A DNA stretch of 64,000 nucleotides from Trichosphaerium sp. ATCC 40318 (GCA_038496445.1 JALMLS010000322.1:1118366-1182365), one strand, 5' to 3'; positions 13,601-27,587 are shown, numbered from the stretch's first letter. A program made the numbers and translations. Notes: generated by a model from the sequence alone, not told the origin.

Positions 13601-16600
13601 GCTAGATACGAACGCACAAACATTAGCAACATACGAACAAATTCTCAGCTGTACGTACCTTTAAGAGATTATCAATCTCCTTGGCAGCTAGCGGTGTGTT
13701 GCCACCAGTGCCGAGAATGGCTTGGTTGAGACCAAGCTTCTTAGAGGCAATGGCAAACATCTTGGCTTCATAGGTCCGTCGAGTGATGAGGCGATACACC
13801 TTAACGTCCTTTTTTTGTCCAATTCTGTGACAACGAGCCTAGCCAAACAAAGTGAGTTGATATCAACTTTTGATAGAGCCTAAAATACCTGAGCTTGCAA
13901 ATCATTTTGTGGATTCCAATCGGAATCAAAGATGATTACAGTGTCCGCGGCAATGAGATTAAGTCCAAGCCCACCGGCACGTGTTGACAAGAGGAACAAA
14001 AAGCTGTCGCCACCTTCTCTGCTTTCGCCCTTGGTAAAGCGGTTGATTGCAGCTTTGCGATCCTCTCTGGATACACTACCGTCCAATCGCTCATATGCAT
14101 ATTCGCGATGTGATGCGTAATCCTCGATGATATCCAAGACGATTCGCATTTGAGAAAAGATGAGAACCTGAAACACGCAAGTCAACAAACAACTATTTGT
14201 CACCAGGTGCTGTTTTAACGTTACCTTGTGATTCTCTTTTTGTAGTCTAGGTAAGAGCTTGTCTAGAAGGACCATCTTTGCTGATGATCGTATGAGAAGC
14301 TCAGAGATCTCGGTAGAGCTGGACAAGTCCTTTGACATTTTATCCTCAGCGCCCTTTATCAAGAACGGGTGACAACACAATTTACGCAATTCCATGAGGG
14401 TGTTCATCAAGGAGGGACCTTTAGAACCCATGCTTAAAAAGTCTCTGTTGCGCTCAGTAATGGCACGGTAGTATTGCTAAAAAAAAAACCACGGTTAACA
14501 ATCGATAATTTGTTTCCTTTCCTGGGTACCTTCTGTATGCGCGTCAATTCGACTTCAATCACTGTCTCCTCTTTCATTGGCAACGTCTTTTCAACGTCTT
14601 CTTTAACTCGACGAAGAATATAAGGAGCGAGTGCCTTTTGTAATCTCTTTACTTCTTTGCTGGTTTCCACGTTTCCAAACTTGCGTTGAAAGTCTTCATA
14701 CGTCGGAAATTTGCTTGGATGCAGAAAGTACAACATTGCCCAAAGCTCTTCTATGTTGTTTTGTATAGGTGTACCAGTTAATAGAAGATAACTATATATC
14801 ACAGTCAGCAAACATGACCAACTAAGGGTACTAGACGTGCGTATCCACTCGAAAGCCATCCATAAGAGTCTCAAAAAGCTTGGAGCGCATGTTCTTCATT
14901 CTGTGCGCTTCGTCAATAACGACGTACTTCCAAAACGGTTTGGACAATGCCTCCTCGTCTTGAATTATCTACATACAACACATAAGACAGAAACAAGGTG
15001 TAGCAATTACTTACCAGTTCATAGGTGGTAATCAGAACATTGAATTTGTACAAGTTCTGTACACCATGCTGTTCATTCAATTCGTACTCCCTCAATCTGT
15101 CTAGGGTTGGCGTAAAAAATGTAGTTTTTTCAGTGGTTGGGGCCAGTATAGTACCTCGTGCAGCTCTACGGCCATGATAGACGAGAACGTCAAGATCCGT
15201 CCACGTCTCAATTTCGCTTCGCCATTGGTCTACACAGGACAGCGGGCTCACTACCAGGAAGGGACCACGCATCTAATACATCCAATATTAGATAAACACA
15301 CGTATAGTTGACATCAAAACCGCGAACGTACTCCAAGATTGCGATGCAGGTACGAAAGCATGGAGATTGCTTGGATTGTCTTACCCAGGCCCTAAACAAA
15401 AGAATGAATAAACCAACGGAAATAATAATTAGTCTAATGACAAGCTCTAGAGCCAAATGCTCTCAGTAATTTTTAAATAACGTACCATTTCATCAGCAAG
15501 TATGGTGTTTCTCGTGTTTAGATATGAAAACACAAGCCATTCATAGCCTTCTACTTGATAATCCCTGAGTACAAGATCTGGTCTTGCAAACTCTGGCACT
15601 GAATTATCACGTTTCCATGCTGCCATTGGTTTTTTGCGTGGTTGCTTTACAGCCAAGTATTTCAGTTCCGATTCGTCAGGCAGCTCAGATCGCTCTTTCC
15701 ATTTCTTCACCCTTTTGAGAACGTGTTAATAATTATCTCGTATTGCAGATGGCGGGCTATAAAAACCGAGAATGAAAACAAAAAAGAGTTGCCAACTTAC
15801 ACTTTTGGGAAGTGTTTGTCAATATCGTTCTTTGGCTCCCAATACACTTCTTCGTAATCCATTTTTTCGAATTTACACAGGTACTCCACATTATCGCCAT
15901 CGCCTACGTAGTGTTGTTACTAACGGTGATGGAGCGCGCGAATAAGATGAACAAACCTTCTTCTGCCATAATTTGTTCAACCTTAGCGAGTGCCGAATCA
16001 AAGAGAGGATCGTCCTCCCCTCTTGCAGCTGTACTCTTTTTATACGCTGCGATTCTGTTCTTTCCGTTAGAATACTCCAAGGCAGCCTCTTTAGTGATCC
16101 ACTCCAAGTGTCGATAAGAAGTGTCATCGTATTTTACAAGGTACTCGACAACGCTACAAAAAAAAAAAGGGTGAGACATTTTTGTAAATTTTACTTTTTT
16201 TTTTGAAAAGGTGCCATACTCTTCATCTCCTACTCTTCTGTCGAAAATCTTGTGAAGCTTACATCCATCATCTTCCATACGATCGCTTTCAGAATCGGAA
16301 GAGTCTTCCTCAGGTTCATCTTCTCTTTCAGAATCCCAAGACGAAGACGAATCCGAGTAATACTTGTAGGCAGGTTTTTCACTTTCGGTGTCGGTCTCGG
16401 TTCTTCTTGTTGTGATGACCTTGCGCACCTTTATTGGTGCTTTCTTTTTTGGCTTCTCCACAGTCTTTTTTTTCTTCTTGGGCTTCTTTGGCTTCTTCGG
16501 CTTCTTGAGTTTTTTAATCTTTATTTTCTAGGGAAATAGGTAACTCTTGTGTGGGTACGAGCGCACGTGCGGCCAAATAGTACCTTTGTGTTTGCTTTTT

Positions 16601-17044
16601 TTTTCAAAGGCGAATACTCCTCATCGGAAGCCTCTGATCCCTCACCAACCACCCAGTCCCCTGGAGTTTCTTCCCCATCGTCGGTTTTTGGGTTTTTGGA
16701 AGGTCTAAACAAAAAGCAATCAGCAAACTACGTAATAAACGCTCTGTGCTTTTTGTCGTTCTAACCTCTTTACTTTAATCTTCGATTTAGTGGCCCTAAC
16801 GCATGTGTGAGCGAACAGCAATTTTATTCGAAGGTAAAAAATGCCGCGGTTTTCATTTTCTTCGATGGCAGCATAACTGTAACGGCTGAGCATGTTACCT
16901 TGGTTTTTTTGGCTTTTTAGCTTTTTTCTGTCGTTTTGGAGGAGGTTCGGCGGTTTCTTCATCTTCAGGGTCTGCGTAACTAACAACACGCCTCTTTCGC
17001 GTGCTTCTCCGCCCTCCGGTAGTTATTGCGAGTTGGTCCGTCAT
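10631..17044 (-). CDS. CHD-family chromodomain helicase (SNF2 ATPase), CHD6-9-like
   Basis: Two chromodomains (YLVKY..SYRHLEW); LRDYQVEG; ILADEMGLGKT; [10 protein letters not shown]; VLIFSQ; [14 protein letters not shown]; [12 protein letters not shown]; NFSKASFVA. Confidence 0.92.
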
Positions 17045-17251
17045 TTCTGACAAAGCTTAGTATAGTTGCAGGATGTACTTATTCTGCTGCTTCAACTCGA
17101 GCAGTGTCACCAATTGGCGCGGTTTTAGTTCAACTGCTGTACAGTTATTTTGAGCGAAATTTTAGACCATGCCAAACTCCATTGACCGTTTTGAAATGCA
17201 CCCTCTGACACATTCAAAAGTCTTAAAACAACGCCCCGAGCCAATTACACA

Positions 17252-18836
17252 ATGCGTTCTTCACTGAGGCCTTACAAGGCCGTTAATAAGCGCCCATTTG
17301 CGCCAGTGCTTGTTGTGTATATCATTACGTTAGCATTGCTGTGTACTACACTGTACAAAGCGTAACCGCTGATTTGGTTTATGTAGCACGTATAATTTAC
17401 TACGCTGCTACCTGCAAGCAGAAGCCTCAGTACAGTTATTGCATTGAAGGAGAAAAAGCAAGCCCATACTTTGTCTGTGCGCGATACAGAAGCCACAATG
17501 TAGCTTACCAAGCGTAGACAATTACATAGTTAACTTCGGGCACGTTTATTTCATTGATGCGGTTACAAGGGTCACCAGGAGCCCCTATCAAATCGTAGAG
17601 ACCTACATCAGCAAGTTTTGGGGTACTATCCTCGTTATTGGTGCGTTTACGAGCCTCCAATCAGCCACGTCTTACATCATTTCTTAGACAAGGACTTGAT
17701 GACAACAACACGTGACGAATCTCATTACCACGAGGTGCGCCTTATGTCCCCACAAAACACAAGAGGGATCATCGTAGCAGGTATCCAATTGTATGTTTTG
17801 ACGTGCAACGTAGATGATAGCACATGTCCCTCTCGCTTACATACCAGGAGCATCGACGGCTCTTGTTATTGGAGGTGGAGATGGTGGTACCTTACAACAA
17901 ATGATAAAACACACAACGTTACATGCTACCTTGGTCGACATAGACAGGGCTGTACGGCGTTCTAACTAGTTTGATGTTTCCAAAAAACATGTGGCTCATT
18001 ACCCAAAAATAGGTGATATCCCTGTCAAAGAAGTATTTGCCACACCTGAGAACTGGCTTTGATAGTTCAAGATCAACAGTCATCAATGCTGAAGGAGCTG
18101 GTTGGATCAAGAAGAGAAAGGCAGAAAAACCACCACGTACATATTAGGTCTATATATCGGTACAATTGCTCACGAAAATACCAGGCAAGTTCAACGTCAT
18201 AGCTGTAGACTCGACAGACTATGGCCAAGCCACAACACTGTTTACAGACGCTTTCTACAGCGACCTTAAGGATCTGCTAAAACCAGGTACTATATCCCTC
18301 CAGTGACGTTACGCCATGCTCTAACAAGTGATTGCACGGTCAGGTGGCATCATAGTACGCAACATTGACTCGGGTGCAGTAGGATTACATTCGCTTCAAA
18401 AGGCGTACCAACACTACAGTGAGATGTTTAAGCACGTGTACTTCTTTAACTCGTACATCTCAACATATATATCCGGTCATTACTCTTTTGTGTTCCTGAG
18501 CGACGACGTTCATCCATTCAATACAAAGGTAAGCAAAAGCACAACTGCTTTTATTTTACCTGTTTGGTTTTTCTTTGCTGAAAGACAATGTCAAGGTGGA
18601 TTGGAGCAGGTTCACACCTGACCTTGGGAAAATGAAGTACTACAGCAAAGGTAAGCTTTCGGGCCCAAAAAAACCAAACAACAACAACATCAAACGCTTC
18701 ATTAAAAACAAGTGTGAGCTTACTTGTAGTAGAAACACATTACGCGTGTTTTGTGCAACCTGCGTTTGTCCAAGCGATTATGAACTCTAAACTGGAGTGG
18801 GCACAACTTTCAAATTCAACTTTGCCTGGGACGTGA
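17252..18836 (+). CDS. spermidine synthase-family aminopropyltransferase with N-terminal hydrophobic segment
   Basis: RSPYQ, DESHYHEM, LVIGGGDGG, LVDID, VIAVDSTD motifs spread over short exons. Confidence 0.8.
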
Positions 18837-19170
18837 AACTAGCGCGTGGGAGCTCGTCACATAGTGTATATTAATTCAAAAAATTTTTGTTTGTGGCAAA
18901 AAAGCAGCAAAGCTAAAACGAAAAATCGAAAAGCCAAATGAGGTATATTGTCACCGCATTTGTTTGTGTTTTTACTTGTTTAAATACATGCATTGTTCAA
19001 GTACTGGACACTTTTTGCATTGACCCAGGTTGGTCTGTGGGTGGTCAAGAATGCTTCATTGTGGCAGTTTTTTTTGGGAGATTTTCGAATGACAGCAAAG
19101 TGCTCCTAATTGTGACCAACAAACCTCCAAACAAAATTTTCGATAGAGTAGCGCTGTTTGGCGGCGTTGT

Positions 19171-22100
19171 ATGAGCAAATATTCGAAAATGCATAAAATA
19201 TTGCCATTTAACAAAGTAAGAGAAGCTGTGTCTGGAGACAGGCGTAGACATCAAGGAAATGGATATGACTTGGATCTCACGTATATTGAAGATAACATAA
19301 TTGGTAAATTACAACGTTTTGCAGGCTATCTTTTGACGTTGTTTAATTGCGAATTGTAGCCATGTCGTTCCCAGCGGCGGGGATCGAGGCTGCTTGGCGA
19401 AACCACATTGATCACGTTGTTAACTTTCTCAAAAAGGCTCACGGCCAGAATTTTATGATTTGGAACCTATCAGAGCGAACATACGATTTTGACAAATTCG
19501 ACAACCAGGTACATTTTTATTTCATAAATAAACCTTGAGCACGCATGAGAGGCTTTTGAGGACACTTTTGAGCGCTTGTGGCTTACTTAAGCACAGATCC
19601 TGCATCTGCCTTTCCCTGATCATCACCCACCTCCATTAACACGTCTATTTCAAATTGTACAAACAACAGACAACTGGATAAGGGCCGACAAGCGAAATGT
19701 CTGTGTAATACACTGTGTGGTACGTAATTTTATTGACATGGCGTCACAAAATTCGACCTACGCGTCGTCATTGAGCTCGCGCGCTTTTCTATTTTTTGGG
19801 TGACACTTGAACCGATATTATTTATCACAATAGAAAAAAAAAAACAAAAAAAAAAAGATTACAACGTATTTATTTTACACGTTGCCAGTAGCATGTCAGT
19901 ACTCGTATTTGCCGGGTATTTTTTTTTTTGTTTTGCCTTACAAAAAAAAATTTAGGGAGGTAAAGGAAGAACAGGAACAGTAATATCCGCCTGTCTTTTC
20001 TTCAGTGGCAAGTATTCTACTATAAATGATGCCATTGAGCACTTTGCGCGACAAAGATCAGCAGCCGGACGAGGCGTGACACAACCTAGCCAACGCCGAT
20101 ACATACAATACTTTGCCAAGGTCCTCACACAGATGAAACCCGTGCGCTTGACGGAAATACGATTAGTGCACGTGGCCGTAGGACCCGTGAGTGCCAATAA
20201 GGTACAATCCCGAAATTTCGTGTTTACCCAAATTTCGTTTGTACAAAGTAACTGCGCCATTACTACTACGAGTCCGATACACACCTAAAATCCGTTTCAG
20301 ACAAAATTACCCATTTTATATGATACGGCCCGCTAGCGAACAAAAAAAAAGAATTAATCACGTTTTCTAGGAGTACGGTTTGGAGGTTTACGACTCGCCT
20401 TATCTTGGTAAACTGCTGTATATGTCCTATCCTGGCCCTTCAGCGTTATTAAATTTTAATATAAATATCGATGTCAAAGGCGATATTTACATAAAGGTCC
20501 GTTACTTTCTTGGCTGTTTTTTTCCTCTCCTGTGAGTGTTGTGCTAACTTTTTAATTCTCGTTCAGTTCACAGAAAAGAGCGCCAAACACACAAAAAAGG
20601 ATCGCTTCTTTATTGTTATGCACGCTTCATTTGTTAGTCAGAAGCATTATCACTTTAATAAACGAAATCTGGACACCCTTGAATTTGATAAAAAGTACGC
20701 TTTATTGAAGGCGACCTCAACTCCTGTCCGACCTTATAGGGCCACCATTAATCGACTGTTTAGGTTCGCGGATAATCTTTCTGTTGGCATTAAATTTGGG
20801 CCACCACAGAGTCCAAGTGCCGAACCTGAAGTGGACAAAGTCATCGAAACAATGCGAAATGTAATCAGCCCCACATTTCGTCACAGCTGCAACCACTAAT
20901 ATTCCTTTTAGAGGTACTTGGAAGAGAAGAGCAACGAGCGAGAGAGGTCATCATACGTCCATGGCAATGGCGTAGAGCAACCAGCCATGTCTGTTAATTA
21001 CGTAGACCCACCCCCATTTGCACGTGAGGAAACAGAGCTCCCTCCTGATTCCTGGTCCAGGTACAAACACAATGCAACTTGATTTAGTCTGTAAAACCAA
21101 GTCCTGTCATTCATCTTTATCCGCACACCTAAACACCAGAATATCCTCAATATTAATCACTGTTTGTAGAGCGAAGCCTAAAAAACGTGCAGATATTGGA
21201 CCACCGCTACCTACAAAATTAATAAGTGTGAACGTGCGTGTGGTGAAAGCTGTTTTTTTTTTTTGAAAATAAGTAATTTCAGATTTTATGTTGAATTTGT
21301 ATTCTACGCCGTTGAAATCACCTTACTGGTTTTATTGTAGTCCACTAGCGATTTGCTTGCGAATGCCAATGTATCACGTGATCCACCACTGCTGGACGCT
21401 ATAGAGCAAGACGAACGCGATTTTAACGAGCCATCACAGCCTCTCAACCCACCACAGAACAGCTTCGCTGCCGCACAGTATAACAATATGCCTAATCAAC
21501 GCAATTCACCAACAAGAGATCGTTCCAACGGATACAGTCACAACAAGAGCGTAGCATATCCAGTTCCACTTGACACATTCTCCACAGCACTGCAAAAAAT
21601 AGAAACACACAAACGTCGATTATCACAGCTAAACAGCGATCGGCCTGATATGTCAGGTACACGCAGCAACGACGCGCAAACCACCACTGGCGGAGTTAAA
21701 AACAACAGCGCCAGCAGGCGACAGATGACCAAGAGCAGCCAGTACGACAGTGCCATCAAAGCAAGGCCATCAGGCGCTTTGCGTTCGTCGTCACCGGCCA
21801 CCCGCGCCAAAAGCACACAAATTTCACCTAAGAAAAAAGAGATGGCGACGCGTGTCCCTCCTTCCTCGGGGCGTGTTGCAACTAACCGCAACACTGCCCA
21901 AATATCGGTTGCTGGGACGCCGAAAGGGAACGCCAAGACGCCACGTTCTCAGACACCGTCCTCGCACTATGTCCAACTTTCAGAGCAGCTGCAAGCCAAA
22001 CAAAAGGCTGTAGGCGCTGGAAAACAGAGCAGAGCTGCTAGGATAGCTGCGCTGCCTAAAGCTCAAGTGTTGTACAATTTTAAAGCCAAGTACCCTGAGG

Positions 22101-22299
22101 AAATTAGCATGGTATGTGCACGTGGCATACCCTTCTGTACGACTAACTTTTTATTGTTTAGCGCAGAGGAGATGTTGTTCGCATCACTTCTCGAGCATAC
22201 GAGAATTGGTGGTTCGGCTATGTGCAGGGACAAGACGCTCTTGCTGTTACAAAGACAGGGTACTTTCCTAGCAAATATGTACAAATACTGGATGCCTAA
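19171..22299 (+). CDS. PTEN-like lipid phosphatase (phosphatase + C2) with C-terminal SH3 domain
   Basis: VSGDRRR..DLDLTYI; AMSFPA; FPDHHPP; HCVGGKGRTG; VTQPSQRRY; SH3 AQVLYNF..EISMRRGD..WWFG..GYFPSKYV. Confidence 0.85.
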
Positions 22300-22543
22300 G
22301 ATAACACCCGTCCGTTTCCCTTTCCTGTCTTGTGCTTTCCTTGTACTTTTAGAAAATTAATGCAGATATTAAAAGAAAAAAAATGAAACTAAAAAAAAAA
22401 TACACAATGGCCGCTATTTGTGGTTTTTATAGATTACAATATTTGCTTTATTTAATATACAACATTTTTTGTTTCTATTTTTCATTGTGGAGCAACAGAT
22501 CCAAATACACGGACGACTGGTCCACGGACTTGTTTCAGTTTGA

Positions 22544-23074
22544 CTATTGTGCCTTTGAATACGTCCTGTTGCGGGGCTGAATGCCTGTATGTGACGTGTG
22601 GACTGTACTGGCGGCGCTGGCATCCAAAGTGTCGAGCAAGTTCCTGACATCTGTAATGAAGTGCCCAGCTGCAATCACGTGTTTTATGCGTTTTGCAAAG
22701 TGGTTGTGTCGCCGTTTCATGTTTGTTATGATAGCCCTGCCGTTATTGTACTTTCTTTCCAAGCTCGGCCAGACTGCTGAGAAATCGGAGATGAATGCAG
22801 CTGTATCGAAACCTATGCAATCGGGTCGTAAGTAAATATCAACTGAAAATGCAACGATCGTACCAAGCCTAGTTGAGTAACAATCTAGAGTCAGATGAAG
22901 ACCACCTTCTAGGCTAAGGATAACTACGTATAGTGGAGAGCTTTGTTGCATTGTATGTAGGTGTTTTGGCTTTGTGTGGTTAATGTACCGTTTCGCCACA
23001 TTCATACATTGAGAAAACTCAACTCTTTTTCTACGATGAAACGTAATCTGCCTATTCAATCGATCAAGTTGCAT
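22544..23074 (-). CDS. hypothetical intronless protein, 176 aa
   Basis: ATG-initiated uninterrupted ORF filling the gap between the PTEN-like gene and CDC73; no motif recognised. Confidence 0.45.
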   Translation of the reverse strand: MQLDRLNRQITFHRRKRVEFSQCMNVAKRYINHTKPKHLHTMQQSSPLYVVILSLEGGLHLTLDCYSTRLGTIVAFSVDIYLRPDCIGFDTAAFISDFSAVWPSLERKYNNGRAIITNMKRRHNHFAKRIKHVIAAGHFITDVRNLLDTLDASAASTVHTSHTGIQPRNRTYSKAQ

Positions 23075-23079
23075 TAGTT

Positions 23080-23106
23080 ATTGGCCAGTAAGTTAAACCA
23101 ATCAGC
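23080..23106. promoter_or_regulatory. candidate CCAAT boxes (ATTGG ... AACCAATCAG) in a divergent promoter
   Basis: NF-Y-like consensus in the ~180-bp gap between head-to-head genes; similar CCAATCA motifs upstream of genes at ~901, ~46637 and ~53920. Confidence 0.35.
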
Positions 23107-23256
23107 GATCGTTAGGTGAACAAGATTCTTGAAAAATGTAGGCAGTTAAAGAATAGAACGTGCTTAGAATGTTCGCAATTAAGTGACAGTAGCACGTTGG
23201 TCGTCTGTCTTCCCCTCAATTGCGTTACAAACACTTTCTTCAACAAGCAAGGCGCC

Positions 23257-25307
23257 ATGGCAGACCCTCTAACGCTTCTACGCGAATTTACGATAAAGAA
23301 ACAACCAGTAGAGCAAGACAAGGACGGTAATTTCATATTCGGCAAGTATAGCATACCAGGGACAAAAGAAACACGTTTTAAAGCAAAGACTGGTGGTAAA
23401 TACACATTAGAGGCGGTTGCGTTTTTATTACGCCACGCTAAACAACTGCATCATGCGTACATGGTAAAACAGTTGACATCTCTTATTTTGTGTTAAAACG
23501 CGTTCAGGTGCAATGTAGAAAGTTCAAAGTACCGTCAGTATCGCTGGTAGACAAGAAACAACTCTTAGAGTACTTGGAGGGCAAAATAGCCGACTGCCCT
23601 CAAATCGACAAGTCTCTTGACGTCCCAACAATATTAGAACAACAAGATGTTGACATGACTGACGCGCCGGTACACATTTAGTGACCCTTTGAAATTTTAT
23701 GATTACACAGTCTCATGCACATGTGTACTCTTGTATACTTTTTGGCGTTGTATGTGGGGCTGACATGGTTGCATTAAGGATAGAAATGTGGCACCTCAGG
23801 CAGAGGAGGAACCAGATCTAACCAAACCCATGGAACTCAGTCAAAAGGAGCAAAAAGAGAGAGAAGAGCACGCTATGCGGTTAGAACGGAGAAAGCGATC
23901 CTCAAATGAACAAAAGAGCGAAGGAGATGTCAGGTACAGTACCCTCATCAATGCACCACTGCTCCCTTTATCTCTTTTTGTGAAAGTTGGCGCTGACACG
24001 TTGTTTCATGTAGATCCTTTGCGGAGGAGTTGGGCGTGTCTGCAGATAAACTGAAGCAAATGAAAAAGAAAAGAGGCAAGCGCAAACGCGGGGAGGTGAC
24101 TATCACGATTGATACCAGCATTCCTCACCGAGATGTATGTGTGTTGTGTCACATTGCACGTGTCACATGTCACGTTGAAATGATGCTATTTTTTTTTGTG
24201 GTGAATTTTTTTTTATTCAGTTCAATTTACAGTGCCTTGCATGCACAGTTGTGCTTATATCGTCATAGACTACATTTATAAAGAGGACATCAACAATGAC
24301 AAGAGCCATCATCAAGAGAGAGCGACCGCTGTACACTCGAGAAACGATATTACAAAGCAACGCGAAGGTGCTACAATTCCTTATTTTTGTGCTAACGTGT
24401 TGCTGTGCTAGAGTTTTGTGAAGCTATTGGATACCACAAAGGACATACTCAAAATGCAAACTAAACCAACGAAGCGACGCCGCTACAACAGATATGAATT
24501 TGAAGAAAAGAAAGTGCTCAAAGAAAAGCTTGAAGTAGAAGAGTTTGAGATTGACACACGTGGTTCTAATCTCTCAAAAAAGCCAGCGTGCGTGCTGCGG
24601 ACTACGCAAGAATTTTACTTGGCTTACCATTGCATTCATAGTCAACACCGTGACGCTCGAGAGTCTAGTCGTTCCTCGAGCAGGCATCGTAGGGAGTCGT
24701 CTCGTTCCTCCAAAGGTACTTGAATCGGTTTTACACCATGCAGCCCAATGTTGGGCATGTACTCATATCAACGTTTTAGTGTTGGGGACGCCTATAATTA
24801 TTGTCCCTAATGATCCTACAGCGGTTATTAATATTTCGAATGTGCGTGCATTCTTGCAGGATGGACAGTTCAAGCCTACCCATAAAACTGGTCGAAAAGA
24901 ACAACTTACAATGCTCACTGCGCCTAATGGCACCAAGTACGAGGTCATTGATAGCGCTACACGTCTGGAGCGCCGTGATTGGGCGAGGATAAAGGCGGTC
25001 TTTGCGCAAGGGCCAAAGTGGCAATTCAAAAATTGGCGTATAAGCAACCCAGTCGAACTATTTAACAAATACAAGGTACATCACGAAAAATGATGATTAT
25101 TATACGCGTTTTGACACGTCTAATTTTAGGGGTACCATGTACATTACGATGGTGAGGCCGTACCACCTACCATAAAGGCCTGGAACGTTAATATTCTATC
25201 GGTGCGCTTACAAGTGTGTGATTCGTTGCGCTTACAGTTAGCAGGTAAACAAACACAAGCGACATCTCGATAAGACGGCTTCACTAAAATTTTGGAAGTC
25301 AATGTGA
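23257..25307 (+). CDS. CDC73: parafibromin / Cdc73 (PAF1 complex)
   Basis: MADPLTLLREF; YTLEAVAFLL; PIIIVP; DWARIKAVFAQGPKWQFKNW; KHKRHLDK. Confidence 0.9.
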
Positions 25308-25552
25308 TCGAAGTCGACTTACACCTCCCTGGCACCCATTAATATCCCGACTTGTCAACCAAAGACTCAAAAGCAAGCAGTGGACAGCATATAAAAGTGA
25401 GAGGCCTTTTAATTTTAGGGGTTTTTTTTTTCCTTCTTGTACAAGTGTTCATTTCTACACACATCGAGGATGAAACAGCAGCAAACTGCATCAACCACTT
25501 CAGCTACCTACCTCATTGTAATTAATAAAAAATAATGGATATGCTTGCACAA

Positions 25553-26546
25553 CTAACTGGTCTTCAGCGCACGCTCCCTCTCGTCGATTGCAACAATGTC
25601 TGTGGCGCAATGCAAGTCAGTGTCAAAATTAAACCAAAAAGTCATAACAATAAAAATAAAACAATAAAAATGAGGCACGTACCTTTGGCTGCCTGTTGTA
25701 GTTGAATAAGGTTCATCAACTGCTTCAACGCCATCACAGGGAAGCTCAAGTATACACACCACGTCCACATACCGTAGCTGAAGCCTATGTCGATTCGTGT
25801 TTAGAGAGTGTTTTGTACTCGATTTTAGTACCTGCAAAGTTAATGATAGGTCCGGTGAAGAAATGGGTCAAATACAGGGTGATGAAGAATGCCTCGTTGC
25901 CGAAGCACAAAGTAAAGAGCGTAACGCGGCTAGTGTAGTAGATCTGCAACAAAAAGTTTTGTTTCTCAGAGACGTCTTTGTGACTGTTGTTGCCGCTTGA
26001 TAACGAACTAAAAATGTATGTGTCAACGTGGCATGTGAACACTCTCCCAAAAAACAAAAAAATCTACAAGTCATTTTGGCCAGTCTGTACCTCCACAAGT
26101 GCGTGTAATGGGACGTGAGATCGAGAGCAACCAGGAACATAAACATGTGGATCCAACTAGGGAAGAAATTGGCCAATACCATGAGGAGAGCGGTTGTTGA
26201 TGCCCTGTCCGTCACCATATCCAGCACAGATCCGTAACGCGAGCCTTGTTTGCATTAAGCTGAGCGTTTTACAAACGTTGCTGACGCACTTTGGTTCAAT
26301 AAACGAGCGGCGTAGCCGTCGAACGCGTCCAGAAATTGCGACAGGCCATAGCATACCAAAAAGACGTATGGACTATCGAAGCAGACGTAAAAGGCAGCAA
26401 ATGCCAGGCCAATGCGCGCATAACCTTATTTCGGGTAAGTGTATACCTTTGGAGGTTACTAAAGTGTGCAGGTTGCCCACGTAGAATTTTTGCACGGTTT
26501 GCGTACCAATCAAGTTGGGCACTAGAAAGTAGATACTTGTGGGCAT
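25553..26546 (-). CDS. PIS1: CDP-diacylglycerol-inositol 3-phosphatidyltransferase (PI synthase)
   Basis: IYFLVPNLIGYAR; LDAFDGYAAR; LDMVTDRAST; LDLTSHY; LCFGNEAFF. Confidence 0.92.
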
Positions 26547-26724
26547 GGTGTCGTGGTTTAGATGGTATTGAGCCAAAATTGTTGACGTTGGATTGTTATT
26601 GACTGTGTGGTTGTTTCGGATTTCCTTAACCGACCAAAAAATACAATGCTCACGTGGTACTGAAAAAAATGGTTCTTTATTTACACTATTGTACAACACC
26701 ATCCGATGATCGAAGGGAAAAGGT

Positions 26725-27587
26725 TCAAATGACAATCTCGAGCGTGTTGCACGCGTTGCATATCATGTAGAGGCCGGGAAGTGCATGATTCATTACCGCA
26801 AACGAAGGTTTACAATTACACCGAGTGCTGTGTGCGCTGCACAATGAGTCTAGCACGTTTGCTACATGTGCAAGAGAAATACAGTCCGTCTATAATAGCA
26901 GTAAGAGTTAGTTGTCATTACAGAAAGGAGAGATTGTCGCTCAATAAAAAAAAAAAAGGAAGAAGATTGGCCTTTGTACACACCTTCGTGTCTACGCGCA
27001 TACCGCACACACACGATATAAATCTACCCTGTCCGGTTGACATGAGCATACTTTTTTGACAGACGGGGCAAAGGCAAGAATTTGGTGTTTCCTAATAGCC
27101 GTTAATCACAAATTATTTCCCTCGTATTTTAGAACGCTATGCGTATTTATAGGCAACGGGTAGCGTACTTGGGCCCTTTGTAGTTCCTCAATCTCCTGTC
27201 TCTCAAACTGTTCAGCTGCCATCCTTAATTCTATGCTACGTGAGTTGTTGCGCGTTATATTTGTACTGTACCCTCTTCGCGTAAGTCTTTGTACATTGCT
27301 TCTTCCATGAATTGCATCAGATTTACATAGTCGTCGTGTGAAAGCTCTTCATCGAAGCACTCTTCGCGTTTAAAGTTGTCCCACGCGTTGTTGATAAGAT
27401 TTCTTACAACTTGCGTTTTATTATTTGTGCCTGCCAACCTACGCTTATCTTGCATCTGTTGGCGCAATGTTTTGGCTTGATCGAAACATTTTGTAAGGAA
27501 GCGCCGTTTCCACGCCTGCTTATTTCTGCCATGTGCTACGCCTCGCTTTGTTAATGCGGCATCTCTACGTGCAGTGCTACGGTCCAT
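26725..27587 (-). CDS. RPAIN: RPA-interacting protein (RPAIN/RIP)
   Basis: N-terminal WKRRFLTKC; LMQFMEEAMY; C-terminal Zn finger CLCPVCQK...C..C. Confidence 0.75.

Noticed and set aside
26546-26620. GGTGTCGTGGTTTAGATGGTA resembles a tRNA 5' end
   Set aside because: No T-arm (GTTCRA) or acceptor-stem complement; it is the antisense of the PI synthase 5' region
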